Both the position numbers and the translations under genes were made by a program. This document shows positions 1 to 12,510 of a stretch of 64,000 bases of DNA, in pieces. The notes beneath the pieces are model-generated. The model had not been told where the DNA came from, did no database searches, and saw nothing but the letters and a program-made list of their open reading frames with translations. Location: positions 7,324,691 to 7,388,690 of the forward strand of contig CM121342.1 in NCBI GenBank assembly GCA_051530055.1. The letters are read 5' to 3'. Within the stretch, counting starts at the first letter, position 1; every line of letters starts with the position of its first letter. This DNA is from Neoechinorhynchus agilis. Its lineage: Eukaryota > Animalia > Acanthocephala.

Positions 1-1668
1 GCCTATGAATACTTTGTGAAGGCGTATGGTTCTAAGACACCTCTACATTTCAACGAGCACACCATTTGGTCCGAAACAGGCCTGCAACAAGGCGATCCTC
101 TCGGCCCCATAGGATTTTCCTTAACAACCAATGGAATATCTCGTAAGCTCAAGGCAAGTTTGAACGTCTGGTACTTGGATGACGCGACATTGGGCGGTGA
201 CCCAAAGACGGTTCTAGAAGACCTGCAATCCCTGCTTGTTTCTGCTGCGGAATTGGGCCTACGTGTCAACCCCGCGAAGTGTGAACTATTGCCACTAAAT
301 ATTTCACATTCTCACATGGCGGATATAATGCAGTCCTTCGAATCCGTTGCCCCAGGAATCCGATTAATCAACCGGCAAAGCTTCACTCTTCTCGGCAGTT
401 GCGTCCTGGATGCGAACATAGATCGCGAGATTGAAGAAGAGCTCCCTAAACTGGATCTTTTGTGCTCCCGCGTTCAAGAATTGAATGCACACGAAGCTCT
501 CTTCTTGGTGAGAAACTGCCTATACATACCGAAGCTTATGTTCAAGATGAGAGCAGCCCCGTACTTCCGACACACCAAACGTCTCCTTGACTTAGATGGT
601 TTGATGAAAAAGCATCTTGAAAAGGTAACGAACTGCGCCATCACTGATGAAGCTTGGCAACAAGCTGCCCTTCCGATCAAATACGGAGGTTTAGGCTTAC
701 GAAGTGTGGCTGGTTTGGCCCTTCCGGCATTCGTATCCTCGATGCACAAGACGGAGGAATTACAGGGGGAAATTCTTTTAAACAGAATGCCGAAGCCAAG
801 CAAACTTTTGAAATAGGGGGTCACATCATGGCTCTCGCAGACCGGTCTGCAACAAGCTCCAACCAACGCGCACGAACAATCTGCTTGGGATAACCCCTTA
901 ATCCTGACGGCTCACAACAAACTAAAAGGCCAGATGGACGAGATGTCTCAAGCTAGACTTGTGGCCAGTTCCTCGAAGGAGTCAGGCGCATGGTTGAACG
1001 TTTTGCCAATTGGTACTTTGGGAACTTTGCTGGACGACGAGACAGTTCGAATAGTCGTCGCTCTACGTTTAGGACTTCCAACCTGTGCCCCACACCAGTG
1101 CCGATGTGGAATAAAAGTTGACGTGCTCGGGAGACATGGACTCTACTGCAAGAGATCGAGCGGTCGTTTCCCAAGGCACGCAGAGCTCAACGCGATCATT
1201 AGCAGAGCTCTGAACTCGATCCACGTTCCAACCATCCTGGAGCCCAATCAGCTCTGTCGCTCGGATGGTAAGCGTCCCGACGGTATAACCGTTTTCCCTT
1301 GGAAAGAAGGGAAGAGTCTAATTTGGGACGCAACATGCGTGGACTCACTCGCCCTGTCCAACCGGCAAGATGCTTTAGCGGAGACGGGAGGAGCAGCGAG
1401 TGCCGCCGAAAGGAGGAAAGCGGAGAAATACAATGAGCTCAAACAAAATTACATTTTCCTTCCTTTCGGCGTGGAGACACAAGGGGCGCTGGGATCTTCG
1501 GCACGAAGCTTTTGTGCCGAACTCGGAAGACGACTTGCAGCAGAAACAGGGGAGCGACGCGAGAGGATTTTCCTGATACAAAGAATAAGCCTCGCAATCC
1601 AACGAGGAAATGCGGTCAGCGTCCGGGGGGCGATTTAATCATTTTAAAATAAATTGAAACTTTAAAAA
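1..1668 (+). mobile_element. CRE-clade non-LTR retrotransposon (RT + zinc knuckle + restriction-like endonuclease), 3' part, one in-frame stop
   Basis: QQGDPLGP and WYLDD RT motifs; CRCG...HGLYC...RH..LN knuckle; DGKRPDG..WDAT..PFGVET..QRGN RLE motifs. ORFs 16-816 and 934-1638 are in the same frame, split by TAG at 814-816. AATAAA and an A-run follow the stop. Confidence 0.9.
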
Positions 1669-2980
1669 AAGAATTTAACCGAGATATTTAGACGACTTGC
1701 TACTGTCCTATAGGAGACGCTTTGAAGTGGATAAAATGGAACAGAGGCTTAATACTATGGATACAACCGAGCGATTAAATGTGACGATTGGCGACCCGGT
1801 GGATTATTTTCCCTGTCATCAGCTTACCATTCAAGGATAGCCACATAGCCTTGCAAGAAAGCCATAATCATGCATCGGGATTCTCACAATCCTCTTGGGC
1901 GATGAAGCAAGCGATCTGTACTGCGATGGAGAAGACTGCAAGGATTTGCTCATCTTAACCGGAGGCTAAAAGGATCGCCAATAAAGGTTTCGAACAGAAT
2001 GTTCGCTTAAGACGAATATTGGGATCGGGAAATTAAGGGGCTTCCGAGCTGAAACGGTTGACGGACGTTCGAATAAGAAGGAAATCAAAAGCGACTCCTT
2101 GCCGATCCTCATTATCCCATTTGCTAGAGAGAAATTCACGAGCGACATCAAGAGGCTCTTAAAAGGGGGCAGGATTAGAGGATCGATAAGTTAAGAGGAC
2201 CTCTATAACATTTCGCCGGATTCCAACTAAAAGAACCCATCACAAGGAAGTGCCACAGTTTTCGATATCGTTTGTAATGTAAAAGGATGCGGGCGACAAG
2301 CCCTAAGTTTGGACCATTGCGACAAAATCACTTTTCATGAGGTTCAATGTTGTCTACAGAACTTACTGTGTTCAATGCGAACAGAAACACATTCGAGTCG
2401 TGTACATTTTGAATTGTCACGAAACGAATTGAACCAAAACGCGGCTTCCATTGGTCAAACACCACTCAAAGTTCCACTCAAGTCAAGGATTCAAACTTTC
2501 GACTTTCTGCTCGGCGATTAGACCTTCACGAAATGGACAAAATCCAATGCAAAAATGTACAAAACAGTCCTCTGCGTTCATCTTTTTTCATTGAACGAAC
2601 TAATCAAATTTCTAACTGGTATTATCTGCCGAATTCATCCTCTAAGCAGAGAATCGGTATGAAGTACTCGACCGTGTACCCATCGTTCCTGGGCCAAACG
2701 AGGACGGCGAATGGCACACAGAAAAGCAGTTTAAGATGACTCCAGCCGATTGCTATTTTAATAGCGAATCGGCAGCTCAATATTACGCTGGCTTTTTTGG
2801 ACATGGTGATTCCATTCAAGATAGCGGAGTCTGCAAAATGTGGTCTTATTAATCCAATCGCAAATACCGATCGAACAATTTAACTCCGGTCGACTAGGGA
2901 TCCAAAATAGTTTTCTCATGAACGCTTTGGACGAATCTACTACATTTTTCGTGCAGCAAAATATCGCTATCAAATACACA
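1665..2980 (+). mobile_element. Degenerate Penelope-like element fragment (RT C-terminus, thumb, GIY-YIG); version without the cargo ORF
   Basis: RYLDD motif at ~1680-1700; degenerate thumb (KQAICTAMEKTARICSS) and NVVY..C..C GIY-YIG-like residues across frames; near-identical to ~9055-9940. Confidence 0.7.
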
Positions 2981-3104
2981 ACCGGAAACCATTCTTTAAA
3001 AATATCTTAGCTGTGCCAATTCTAATCTCTACCAACAATCCGTCACAAAATGCCCTTTTATTTCTTTAAATCAATTCCTGGACATTCGCACTAATCTTCA
3101 TTTG

Positions 3105-4550
3105 TTATTCCCTGGAGCTCCGGATCCTATTAAACATTTCTCTTGCACATTGTCTTAGCCCCTTCATATCAGAAAGTTCTGCCATCGTATGGTATTTTGT
3201 CTCAGGTAAAAAGATTAGCAGGATGGCAACAAAAAGTGCAAAACCTCCAATCGAGAGCATAGTTACGAGTCTTTGAGAAGTCAGCTGATCTTTCAAGAAA
3301 GGACTAAAAGCCGTTATTATTCCAGCGACAAAAAAGCAAATCCAAATCGGAATTGTCTGTACTTCGTTGGAAATTAACTCCGTTCGAACATCCAAACGAT
3401 ATAAGAATTAGAGGCAGCAGACAACTTTGCGATGTGATTGAAGACATTCAAGGCTGCTTGATTGACTGAAGGAAGGACAGCAAATATTATAGATATGAGT
3501 ACAAGCCAATGATTGCTGAAAAGACATAGTCTTTCGTCCGAAGAATTTCATTGCGACGCGATATAAGACAATCTGTGGAATTTCAATAATTGCAGTGACG
3601 AAGAAATCGAGGTGGATGAAAATGCGGATGCAGATAGTGTAAATCCGAAATAACCAAAAAAGCCAATAAAATCAGGAGACATCCACAAAATAGCGAATAT
3701 GGAAACACAATTGACGAAAACATTATTCTTAAGTTTTTCTTTATCCGATTTGGCAGCGGGACACGATTTTCGGCCTCTGAATCATCAGCTATTAGTTCGA
3801 TATTGTCGTCAAGTGAAAAGAACATTTGATCTTGTTGTTTGGTTGAATTCATTTTGTATGCTTCGGTGTTTCATTTACATCAGCTTGTCGTTAATGAATT
3901 GCAAGCCAAAATAAACTTTCCCTCATAATCCAATAATAGAGTACAGTGATTGCGACTGGAAGATAAACTGTCAAATAAAGATTCCGCCATCCTCTAACAA
4001 AATAAGCGACTAAATCCAACATCAACATTCCTATACCCCAAATGAAATTAGCCATTATGCACGGGGTGCCTCGGTATTGCGCTGCAAAGACTTTAATCCT
4101 GAGGATACAACAAGAAAGTTCACCAATCAGCCAGCAAATTCCAGATAAAAACGGAATACTATAAATAAATATCAAGATGATTCCGATCAATAAGAAAGAT
4201 ATAATGATTTTAACTGAACGGGTGCATCCGATTTAGATGGTATTTGAAAGTGCACAGCCGATTCCGAATATGATATTGATCCAAGCCCCGAGAAGAGCAA
4301 TTGGTTTCTTACCAAAGTTGTCGCCAAACATTGATAAAACGGCTGCTCCAATTACTGATCCTATAAAAAAGGCTGGCTGTGGAATATCCTTTAGGTATTC
4401 CCAATCGCAGTATAGATCAAAAGTGAATACCAGCGATCTGTCGTCGGGAAGCGGGTGGATGTAGCCGTTAGGACTGGGTATTGTTTTATTTGACAGTGAA
4501 TTATAATTCTCAAACTTTCCATCTACATTAATTGAAATCGCGTCGCTCAT
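3105..4550 (-). pseudogene. SLC22/organic cation MFS transporter pseudogene
   Basis: FDLYCD, FFIGSVIGA, DNFGKK, QYRG..W..G..AYFVRGWR, RES..WL, FGRK and LPETK motifs. In-frame TAA at 4233-4235, a homopolymer frameshift near 4150 and further frameshifts. Confidence 0.85.
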
Positions 4551-5721
4551 CGGCCATCAAATTAATCTAAAAATGTCTATTCTACTTATATTTTTGGAAA
4601 TAGTAACGCTAAAGCTTTGAATATTTTATTTTTTGAATCTCTATCATTCAAAGCCTTGTGTTCATTTTCTTCAATTCTTTTACTTTTCGCCTCAATTCTC
4701 GTTCTTATACAACTCAAATCCTCCATTAGTAAGGAACATTTATGTTCCGGCATTTGATATAAAACCTAACCAATGAATTTCCTTTCGCTGTTTCGTGATT
4801 ACATTAAGTGCCATTAAAACATTTATGGCATCATAGACGTATCTTCTTATAATCTGCCACCTTTTCAGCTATTCTCAAATCCACACCATGGAAAATCCCC
4901 TGATTTTCTGGATCGCAGTAGATTCCAACAAGTTCATCGGCGACTTCACTGTATGTTGTATTGCGTGGTGCTGAACATGCGTAGGCCGAATGTTTTTTCC
5001 CGTGATTTTCCAAGGTTCATCGCTGGATTCTGTTCTCGAGTGGAAATGACTGCTGATTCGGTTGAAGATAAAATGATTAAACGTTGTACTGAACGTGGCT
5101 TTTGATCGAGGCTGAGCCTTAGAGTAATAACCGATCATCGATGAGTACGAGTCTATTTCAGGATTGTGGCTCATTTGATCACTGAACGATGGTGAACAGT
5201 TCATGTTGTGGTATGGCGGTACGTTTTCCATTGTGCTTAAATACTTGGATTTGAAGATTCGAATCAGTGAAAGGAAATGCTGAGATCGTGAAAATAAAGA
5301 TGGCTGAGTTAGGTGAGGATGCCTTTCAATAGTAAAAGAATGAAAACTTACATTGAAATCATTTCTGCTTCGCAGGATAAAAGCTGCTTTGTACTAAATC
5401 GGGCTTATCGACTAGATGCCGTAGCTAGTGCTGATCTTTTTACATTTTTAATTTTTTTATCCTTTTTTGCTTAGCGAAAAAATGTTGAAATTAGTCCATT
5501 GACAACATTTAATTGTTAGATGAGAAGCGATTTCCGTATCGATAACATTTTGTTAAACATATTCAATCTTTTGAGACATCAAATCATTCACACAACCTCT
5601 CAGGATCCCTGAGATACCGTTTTGGTGTAACGGTCGAAAGGACGGATGAAGCATTCCTTCTCGTTTTCAGAGCAGAATTTTGTAATGTTTGCACATTTGA
5701 AAGACGCCAATTGAGGTCGAA

Positions 5722-7732
5722 TTGACATCGTTCAATTTCGGTGCAGTAAAGCTAAAACCATACTTTAGAATTTTCTTCAAAGTGCAAGAGAACGAATCAA
5801 AAATGGCGATCAAGCGAACATCAAATTCTAAGGATAAGTCACTCGCCCAAATTTGTGATGAATTGAGAGATAATCTCGACGATGATTCTTGTACAATCAA
5901 CCAATCTTTGGCCAAACGCAACCTGCGAGAATTGTTAACGCGATCGATTACAGCCGAAGAAATCTTAAACTTTCGGATGCTTGAGATGGTAGACGAAATG
6001 GCCCTAGACAAAGATTGCAAAAGTAAAAATTGGTTCCTAAGTAAATTAAAGAGCAAATTTAAAAGATTGTCGGTGAAAAATAGTGTCCAAGGATGAAAAC
6101 GACGAAGACATTGGTCAGTACGACCTCAACTCGAAAGCCAGCAAATAAAGATGAAGTAATGGCGAAAAAGAAGACGACAGATTCAAGCGATAAAGGACGA
6201 ACAAATTATGAAATGGCAACGTCCCAATCATTAAATATGCTAATTAAAAAGTTAAAATTGGATTGGACCCACAGTTTAAGGTTACAAACAAGAGCTTAGT
6301 AACCAGTGTCTTTTCTGAGATTCTCAAACAAGAAATGACCATCTCTCAGATTGGTAAATCCGGCCTAATAAAGATTCTCCACCAAATGAATCAAAACAAA
6401 GAAAACGGAGAACTTGACCATTTGATTAAAGAAGTAGCAGCAAAAATTAAAGTAGTGCTTGGCATGGAAAAAGGTAAAAATGCCAATGATAAATCTCATA
6501 GGATGTCCGGTATCCACTCAAAGTTCGATGCTGAGATTGAAGAGCAGTGTCCGATAGAAACGAAATCTAAATCCAGTTTTGAAGACACGAGCTGTAAAGA
6601 AATTTCAAGAAAGAGGCTGTCATCAACCATTCAAGGTGAAGAGAAAACAAAAATTCAGCGGGCAGATTCAACACATCTCCGTCAAAGAATCTTGATGGCT
6701 ATGAACTCTGAGCACAAAATTGTGAATTCTGATTTATTAAGGAGCATCGTTGATGAAATTCTGAAAGGCGAAGTTAGCCTGAGTGAAATTCGTCAATCCG
6801 GATTGATAAATGTCCTTGGAGAGATGCTCGACAACAAGGATAATGCTCCACTCAAGAAACTCTTAATCCAAGTTGCTATGAAGGTCAAGGAGGCTTTCAA
6901 TCAAAAACGATCGAAAGAAGAAAGAGCCACCTAACCCAAATTAAATTAACCAGTTGAAGTAGAAGCCGAATTATCAGATATTGATTCTAGTGATCGGGAT
7001 TCTAACGCAATTTCGGACAAGAGAACAGAATCGCCGAAGAGAATTAATAGCGATGAAGAAATAGAAACGGGACTTCACAATGTCGAAAAGGTTCAGAGTC
7101 AACAGATTTCAGAATCCAAACAATTGATGCCGTCTTCTCGTTTAACCAAGAAGATTAAATTACTAAAGTTTTCATTGGATTCGCAATACGCAACCAAAAG
7201 CCTAGAACTGGTGGACGATGTCCTTTCCGAGATTTCAGAATTAGAGATGACCGCGGATGAAATCAAAGATTCCGATCTTATAACTATTCTCCATAAGATG
7301 GCCAGCAACGAGGAAAACGAACCGTTAATCGACATTATCGATAAAATCGGAAAAAATATCGTGGGAATCTATAATCGGCAACCTACGGAAATGTCCAATA
7401 TTTCGATCGAAAATAAATCAGGGTCACAATTGAAGGACAAATCACTGAATGAATCGATTTCAAAAAGAAAATCAAAGCCTTCAAATGAAATGAACTTGAG
7501 CATCAAGGAACTCTGCGATCGTTTAAAAAGCATCTTGGACGCGAAGTTCACAGTTCGGAACCACGCGATGCTAAAGCGGATACTCAGCGCGATGATTAAA
7601 CGTGAAATAGCGCTGAGTGAAATTCGGAATAACAATTTGGTGAACATCCTAAGTCAAGTTCGTTCGAATCATTTAAATATTCGGCACAAGGGACTGCTTG
7701 AAAAATTGCTGAAGAAAATAAATGGCGGCTGA
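5722..7732 (+). pseudogene. Disrupted gene with ~5 repeats of a ~50-aa helical unit resembling TFIIS N-terminal (TND/LW) domains
   Basis: Four ORFs share the repeated pattern [IL]xxxE[MVI][TSA]xx[EQ]Ixx[SN]xLxx[IV]Lxx[MV]. Frameshifts near 6080-6145 and 6260; two in-frame TAA codons at 6932-6949 between same-frame ORFs. Confidence 0.5.
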
Positions 7733-8309
7733 TATTATCAATCATCACTGATTTTACCCATGTTTAAGAGACGATTTACCTAGGATAAAATATTATTTAT
7801 GATATTCAAGGAGCTTTTAGTCGTAGTCGCAACTATCTATGCATTCTCATAATTTAAAAATATAATTTTTCACATCCATAATGTATATTTTTTCGACGCT
7901 GCTTGTCAGTTATTAGCTTGCAAATATAATTGGGGAAGACATCATCGAAGATATTTGTAGCTAAAAACAATATCGCATGAAAATGAAAGCTCTCAAAATT
8001 CTCAGGATTCATAGTTATCCATCGGCAACTTTTTGTGAGTCTGAAATCAAATTACAAAGTAACAAATCACTCTATGACCAAAAATGTTTTTAAGATATTC
8101 TAAATGAAAAAATGCCTGAGTGAATTTCAATAAGCCGAATCTATTAACGCCTTGGCTGATAGCACTTAAATAAATAAGTTTGAAATGTCAAAGTTGAATG
8201 AATGTTCAAAAAAAATTTTAGGAAAAAAGATTTATTCAAACTTAAAAGGCAAAGAACACGTCATTTGCAAAATGTTGATAATTGAGGTACCGGGGACAAT
8301 GATTGGAAC

Positions 8310-8422
8310 TATTGTTTAATTCTTCACCGGGTAAATGATTTTTTATTATAGATGTTTCGAACCTCGCCAGGTTCATCTTCTTTAATAAAAAATCATTTAC
8401 CGGATGAAGAGCTTAACAATAA
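8310..8422. repeat. Small foldback from a PLE terminus with a partial hammerhead on the minus strand
   Basis: Arms 8310-8347 and 8383-8422 are inverted. The loop read on the minus strand gives GAAGA-T-GAACCT-GGCG-AGGTTC-GAAAC...AATAAA. Confidence 0.65.
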
Positions 8423-8949
8423 TACGTATTTTGCGATTTAAGTTCAACATTTATAAAATTTCACAGATTGTATTTGATATCAATACGATAGATTTGTGTA
8501 ATTTCTTTCAAATAACAAAAATAATTTGAAGGAAAATGACAGAAAATAATGAAAGTACGAATTTTGATATTACTAGAAAGTACTGAATATTTTTGCGGAA
8601 ATAAAAAGGATTTCTTGGAAACATTTTTATAAGCATCACTGATTTTGAAAATAGAAATAAAGTCTTATTATTAAGTTCAATAAACGCATCGACAGCCGTA
8701 AAGAGAAAACACTCCCGCTTTAGACTTTTAAGTAAAGAAATTAATCGACTGATTGAATCTGCTTGAAAGAATATTGACGAAAAATAAATCACCGTTAGAG
8801 CAATAAGTTGATAGACGAGATTAAAATTTGTGAACTTTAAAAAGCTTAAATAATTTAATTTCTTTCAAATTAAAAAGAGAAAAAAGAGCTAGACCTTTAT
8901 GGTTTTCGTATAGCGGATGTTATATGGCTCAAACGCTTAATCATTCCCT

Positions 8950-11900
8950 TCAGGTATGAATAAAGGTTCTATTCGGCGAGTCCGGTGTTCCAGTGTTGAC
9001 CATTTTTGTTCCTGGACTGCCCTGGAGATGCATCGCATTTTTTCTACACACAATGCCAAAAAAAGAATTTTACCGAGATATTTAGACGACTTGCTACTGT
9101 CCTATAGGAGACGCTTTGAAGTGGATAAAATGGAACAGAGGCTTAATACTATGGATACAACCGAGCGATTAAATGTGACGATTGACGACCCGGTGGATTA
9201 TTTTCCCTTGTCATCAGCTTACCATTCAAGGATAGCCACATAGCCTTGCAAGAAAGCCATAATCATGCATCGGGATTCTCACAATCCTCTTGGGCGATGA
9301 AGCAAGCGATCTGTACTGCGATGGAGAAGACTGCAAGGATTTGCTCATCTTAACCGGAGGCTAAAAGGATCGCCAATAAAGGTTTCGAACAGAATGTTCG
9401 GTTAAGACGAATATTGGGATCGGGAAATTAAGGGGCTTCCGAGCTGAAACGGTTGACGGACGTTCGAATAAGAAGGAAATCAAATAGCGACTCCTTGCCG
9501 ATCCTCATGATCCCATTTGCTAGAGAGAAATTCACGAGCGACATCAAGAGGCTCTTAAAAAGGGGGCAGGATTAGAGGATCGATAAGTTAAGAGGAACTC
9601 TTCAACATTTCGCCGGATTCCAACTAAAAGAACCCATCACAAGGAAGTGCTACAGTTTTCGATATCGTTTCTAATGTAAAAGGATGCGGGCGACAAGACC
9701 AAAGTTTGAATCATTGCGACAAAATCACTTTTCATGAGGTTTAATGTTGTCTACGGAACTTACTGTGTTCAATGCGAACAGAAACACATTCATGTCGTAT
9801 ACATTTTGAACAGTCAAGAAACGAATTGAACCAAAACGCGGCCTCCATTGGTCAAACACCACTCAAAGTTCCACCACAAAATCCAATGCAAAAATGTGCA
9901 AAACAGTCCTCTGCGTTCATCTTTTTTCAATGAACAAACTGATGAAATCATGAAACGATTTGCTTTATGAGAGAACCGAAATTGATTGATAATTGATTCT
10001 CCCAATTACCAGGTTAGTTGAGTCGCCGTAGCTCTTGGAATACAAAAAAATGTTATTGTTCCCAAATATCAACATTGGTAAATAGCACAAATTTGTTGGT
10101 TGTTTGAAATGTGGGAATCACCCTTAAGGCGAATGTTCGACGTTGCTTTGGTTGTCATAGAAGCATTGAACACAGAGAAAAGATTGTTAGCAAATTTAGC
10201 GCTTTCAATTACTGAAATAATGAACGTATTATTGAACTCTTTTGAAATTATGGATCGGATGGCAATATCTTCGGCGTCAATAATGATGCTTGCGATTGGC
10301 TTCATTATTGGGTCAGCGGTGAGTAGAAGATTGCAGCATGCAAAGGAACGGACAAAAAGTTCAATGGAAAAGGCGATTCAGACACAATTTGTTGAGGTGA
10401 TCGAAGTAGCAGAACAGGAAACGGAAATGGCAGGAACGGACGGCTTTAATGAGATTATTAAGGAAATTGCGAAAAGATTTCGCAGCTACATGAAGAATTA
10501 TGGGAAAGTAGATTTAAAAAAGACGATGGAAAATGGAATCCAACGAGATGGAATGAAGAGAAATGTGAAAGAGGAACTTTCAAATGAGATGATAAAGTTT
10601 GTAGAACGGTTCCCGGCGATACAATCAATGATGAGTTTCGAAGTTTATGAAAATGACAATGATAATGGAGAATCAGTGAATGAAGAAATGGAAATCGACG
10701 AGGAATTTGAAGAACCCGGAGACGTGGCCAGAGAATCAAGAAAAAGGAAGTCAGATAATGAAACTGAAATCGATTCGGAGAAAAAACGCAAAAGGTGTTT
10801 TAGAAGCGATCAATGCGAATGGTCAATATTAGCAGCTGAAATGAAACAATTAATTGTTACAAACGAAGGCCAATTCTTAAATAATGCGCAGAGAATAGTT
10901 GAATTTGGAAACAAAAATGAATGGAAAAATGGAAACATCCAAAAAGAAGTTAATATTGTCGAAGAAAAGAAATATGAACCCCAGAGGATAAAAGGAATCA
11001 CAAAACAAAACACAGCAACAGTTGAAAAACATAAATCGCTGAGAGTAAAGGAATTCCGTAAACGAACGGCAGGAAATATTAATGAAGAGAGTGCAGGGGA
11101 TTGGTTAAGTTCACTCGAAGAACTTGCAACGCGAAAATTTGATCAAGAAGATTACCATAACCCAAGGAAAATTAGAAAACGAAGCTCGCCAATGGATGAT
11201 AAAGATGATTGTGGAAATTCAATCGATGAAGCTAGAAAGCTGAAGGATCTCGAGGAAGACAGCGAACAATCCCAAGGATCGATTGACGGTCGGCAGCATA
11301 GCGCTTCAACTGCCGATGAAGACGATAGAGATGGGTGGGGCCGTTCAATCGATCAGTTTGGAGAGCTGATTCATACCGAGAAAGACGGCGAACAACCACA
11401 AGGATCGATGGACGGTCGGCAGCAAGGCGCTTCAACTGCAAATGAAGATGATAACGATGGGTGGGGCCGTTCAATCGATCATTTGGGAAACCTGATAGAT
11501 GTCGAGAAAGACGGCAATGAATCACAGGCATCCAAGAACTCGCGGAAACGATGCGCTGAAACTATCGATGAAGACGATTGTGGAAGATCAATCGATCAAT
11601 TTGGAGCGCTAGACCTTAACTCAAATAGGTTAAGAAAAATTCTAAAGCGAAGCTCTTGAACAGTATACAAGAAAAGCAACATAAAGTACTGATATTAAAG
11701 GGCTACTTTTATTGGTGTCAAATAGATTGATCTAAGATGGTTAAAGTTGTCGAACGGAGAAATCTTCATCCATGGCATTATAAGACATTTAAAGGAGGCG
11801 CACAAAATTAGACAGTGAAGTTGAAGAAGGTAACTTTGTTTGTTTTGTGGATTTTTGAAGAGATTGAAATTCAAATCAAATTCTGGCGATTCTTCATACC

Positions 11901-12510
11901 TTTGCCGTATAAAATGTTGAGATGTGCTATGCATTATCGATTTTTTCCATTGTCATTGTCGATTAGCGGTTCGGAAGGCATTTGATTAATTGGATTTTTG
12001 AAAGATCAACAGTCTTTACTTGATTAAATTGGCGATGCAACCAGATTTTCTGCATAATTCTTTAAACTTCGGATGCAATGCAAAAATCTTAAAGGCGGTT
12101 CTATTACTTATTTTTATTTACGTCGATTGTAGACAATGAACTAAACGTGGATTTTGATCTTCATTGAGAAATTATGAATGGATGTTTCTATGGAGCGATG
12201 GATTGAATACGTGGAAATATCCATCAAATTATCTGCTGACAAATGATCACATTTTTTGATCGGAAATATCGCCCCCGTAATGACCACAATTTTCATTGCA
12301 AAATGCAATTTCCTTTCGTTATCCTGGACAACTGATGTCCAGAACTTCTGGGAAATTCACCGACGAGTCCCACCTTCCCTGGCGGTATCTGAGGATCCGG
12401 AGAAATTTACAGACTCAAAAACGTGTGGTTCAGACTATGAAGTGATTTTGTGAGCTTTTCTTATAGAAGTCTATTTGCTGCGAGGCCCCACTTGCCTTGT
12501 GGGAGAAAAC
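8950..12510 (+). mobile_element. PLE-derived composite: RT/GIY-YIG remnant + orphan ORF + pLTR/HHR-like end
   Basis: PRYLDDLLL (ORF 8956-9243), degenerate GIY-YIG at ~9740-9940, ORF 10100-11659 and terminal motif at 12355-12410. A second copy at 31950-34545 has the same 3' end. Confidence 0.7.
10100..11659 (+). CDS. Orphan 519-aa protein: hydrophobic N-terminal segment, acidic/basic NLS-like region, C-terminal GRSID repeats
   Basis: Long open ORF (first ATG at 10109); a disrupted paralog at 32166-34133 keeps the same C-terminus RLRKILKRSS. Confidence 0.7.
   Translation: MFEMWESPLRRMFDVALVVIEALNTEKRLLANLALSITEIMNVLLNSFEIMDRMAISSASIMMLAIGFIIGSAVSRRLQHAKERTKSSMEKAIQTQFVEVIEVAEQETEMAGTDGFNEIIKEIAKRFRSYMKNYGKVDLKKTMENGIQRDGMKRNVKEELSNEMIKFVERFPAIQSMMSFEVYENDNDNGESVNEEMEIDEEFEEPGDVARESRKRKSDNETEIDSEKKRKRCFRSDQCEWSILAAEMKQLIVTNEGQFLNNAQRIVEFGNKNEWKNGNIQKEVNIVEEKKYEPQRIKGITKQNTATVEKHKSLRVKEFRKRTAGNINEESAGDWLSSLEELATRKFDQEDYHNPRKIRKRSSPMDDKDDCGNSIDEARKLKDLEEDSEQSQGSIDGRQHSASTADEDDRDGWGRSIDQFGELIHTEKDGEQPQGSMDGRQQGASTANEDDNDGWGRSIDHLGNLIDVEKDGNESQASKNSRKRCAETIDEDDCGRSIDQFGALDLNSNRLRKILKRSS

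Noticed and set aside
4831-5231. Possible gypsy gag remnant
   Set aside because: Only vague resemblance, with no LTR or pol nearby.
6060-6960. Stop-codon reassignment or Euplotes-style AAA-TAA frameshifting to explain broken ORFs
   Set aside because: TAA, TAG and TGA all end conserved genes here (EMRE, TFIIE-beta, SART1); the lesions are mixed and the single AAATAA fits chance.
12355-12420. HDV-like ribozyme fold (GAGTC/GACTC, CCA/TGG)
   Set aside because: No proper P1, P1.1 or catalytic C-AA junction; better explained as a hammerhead remnant.
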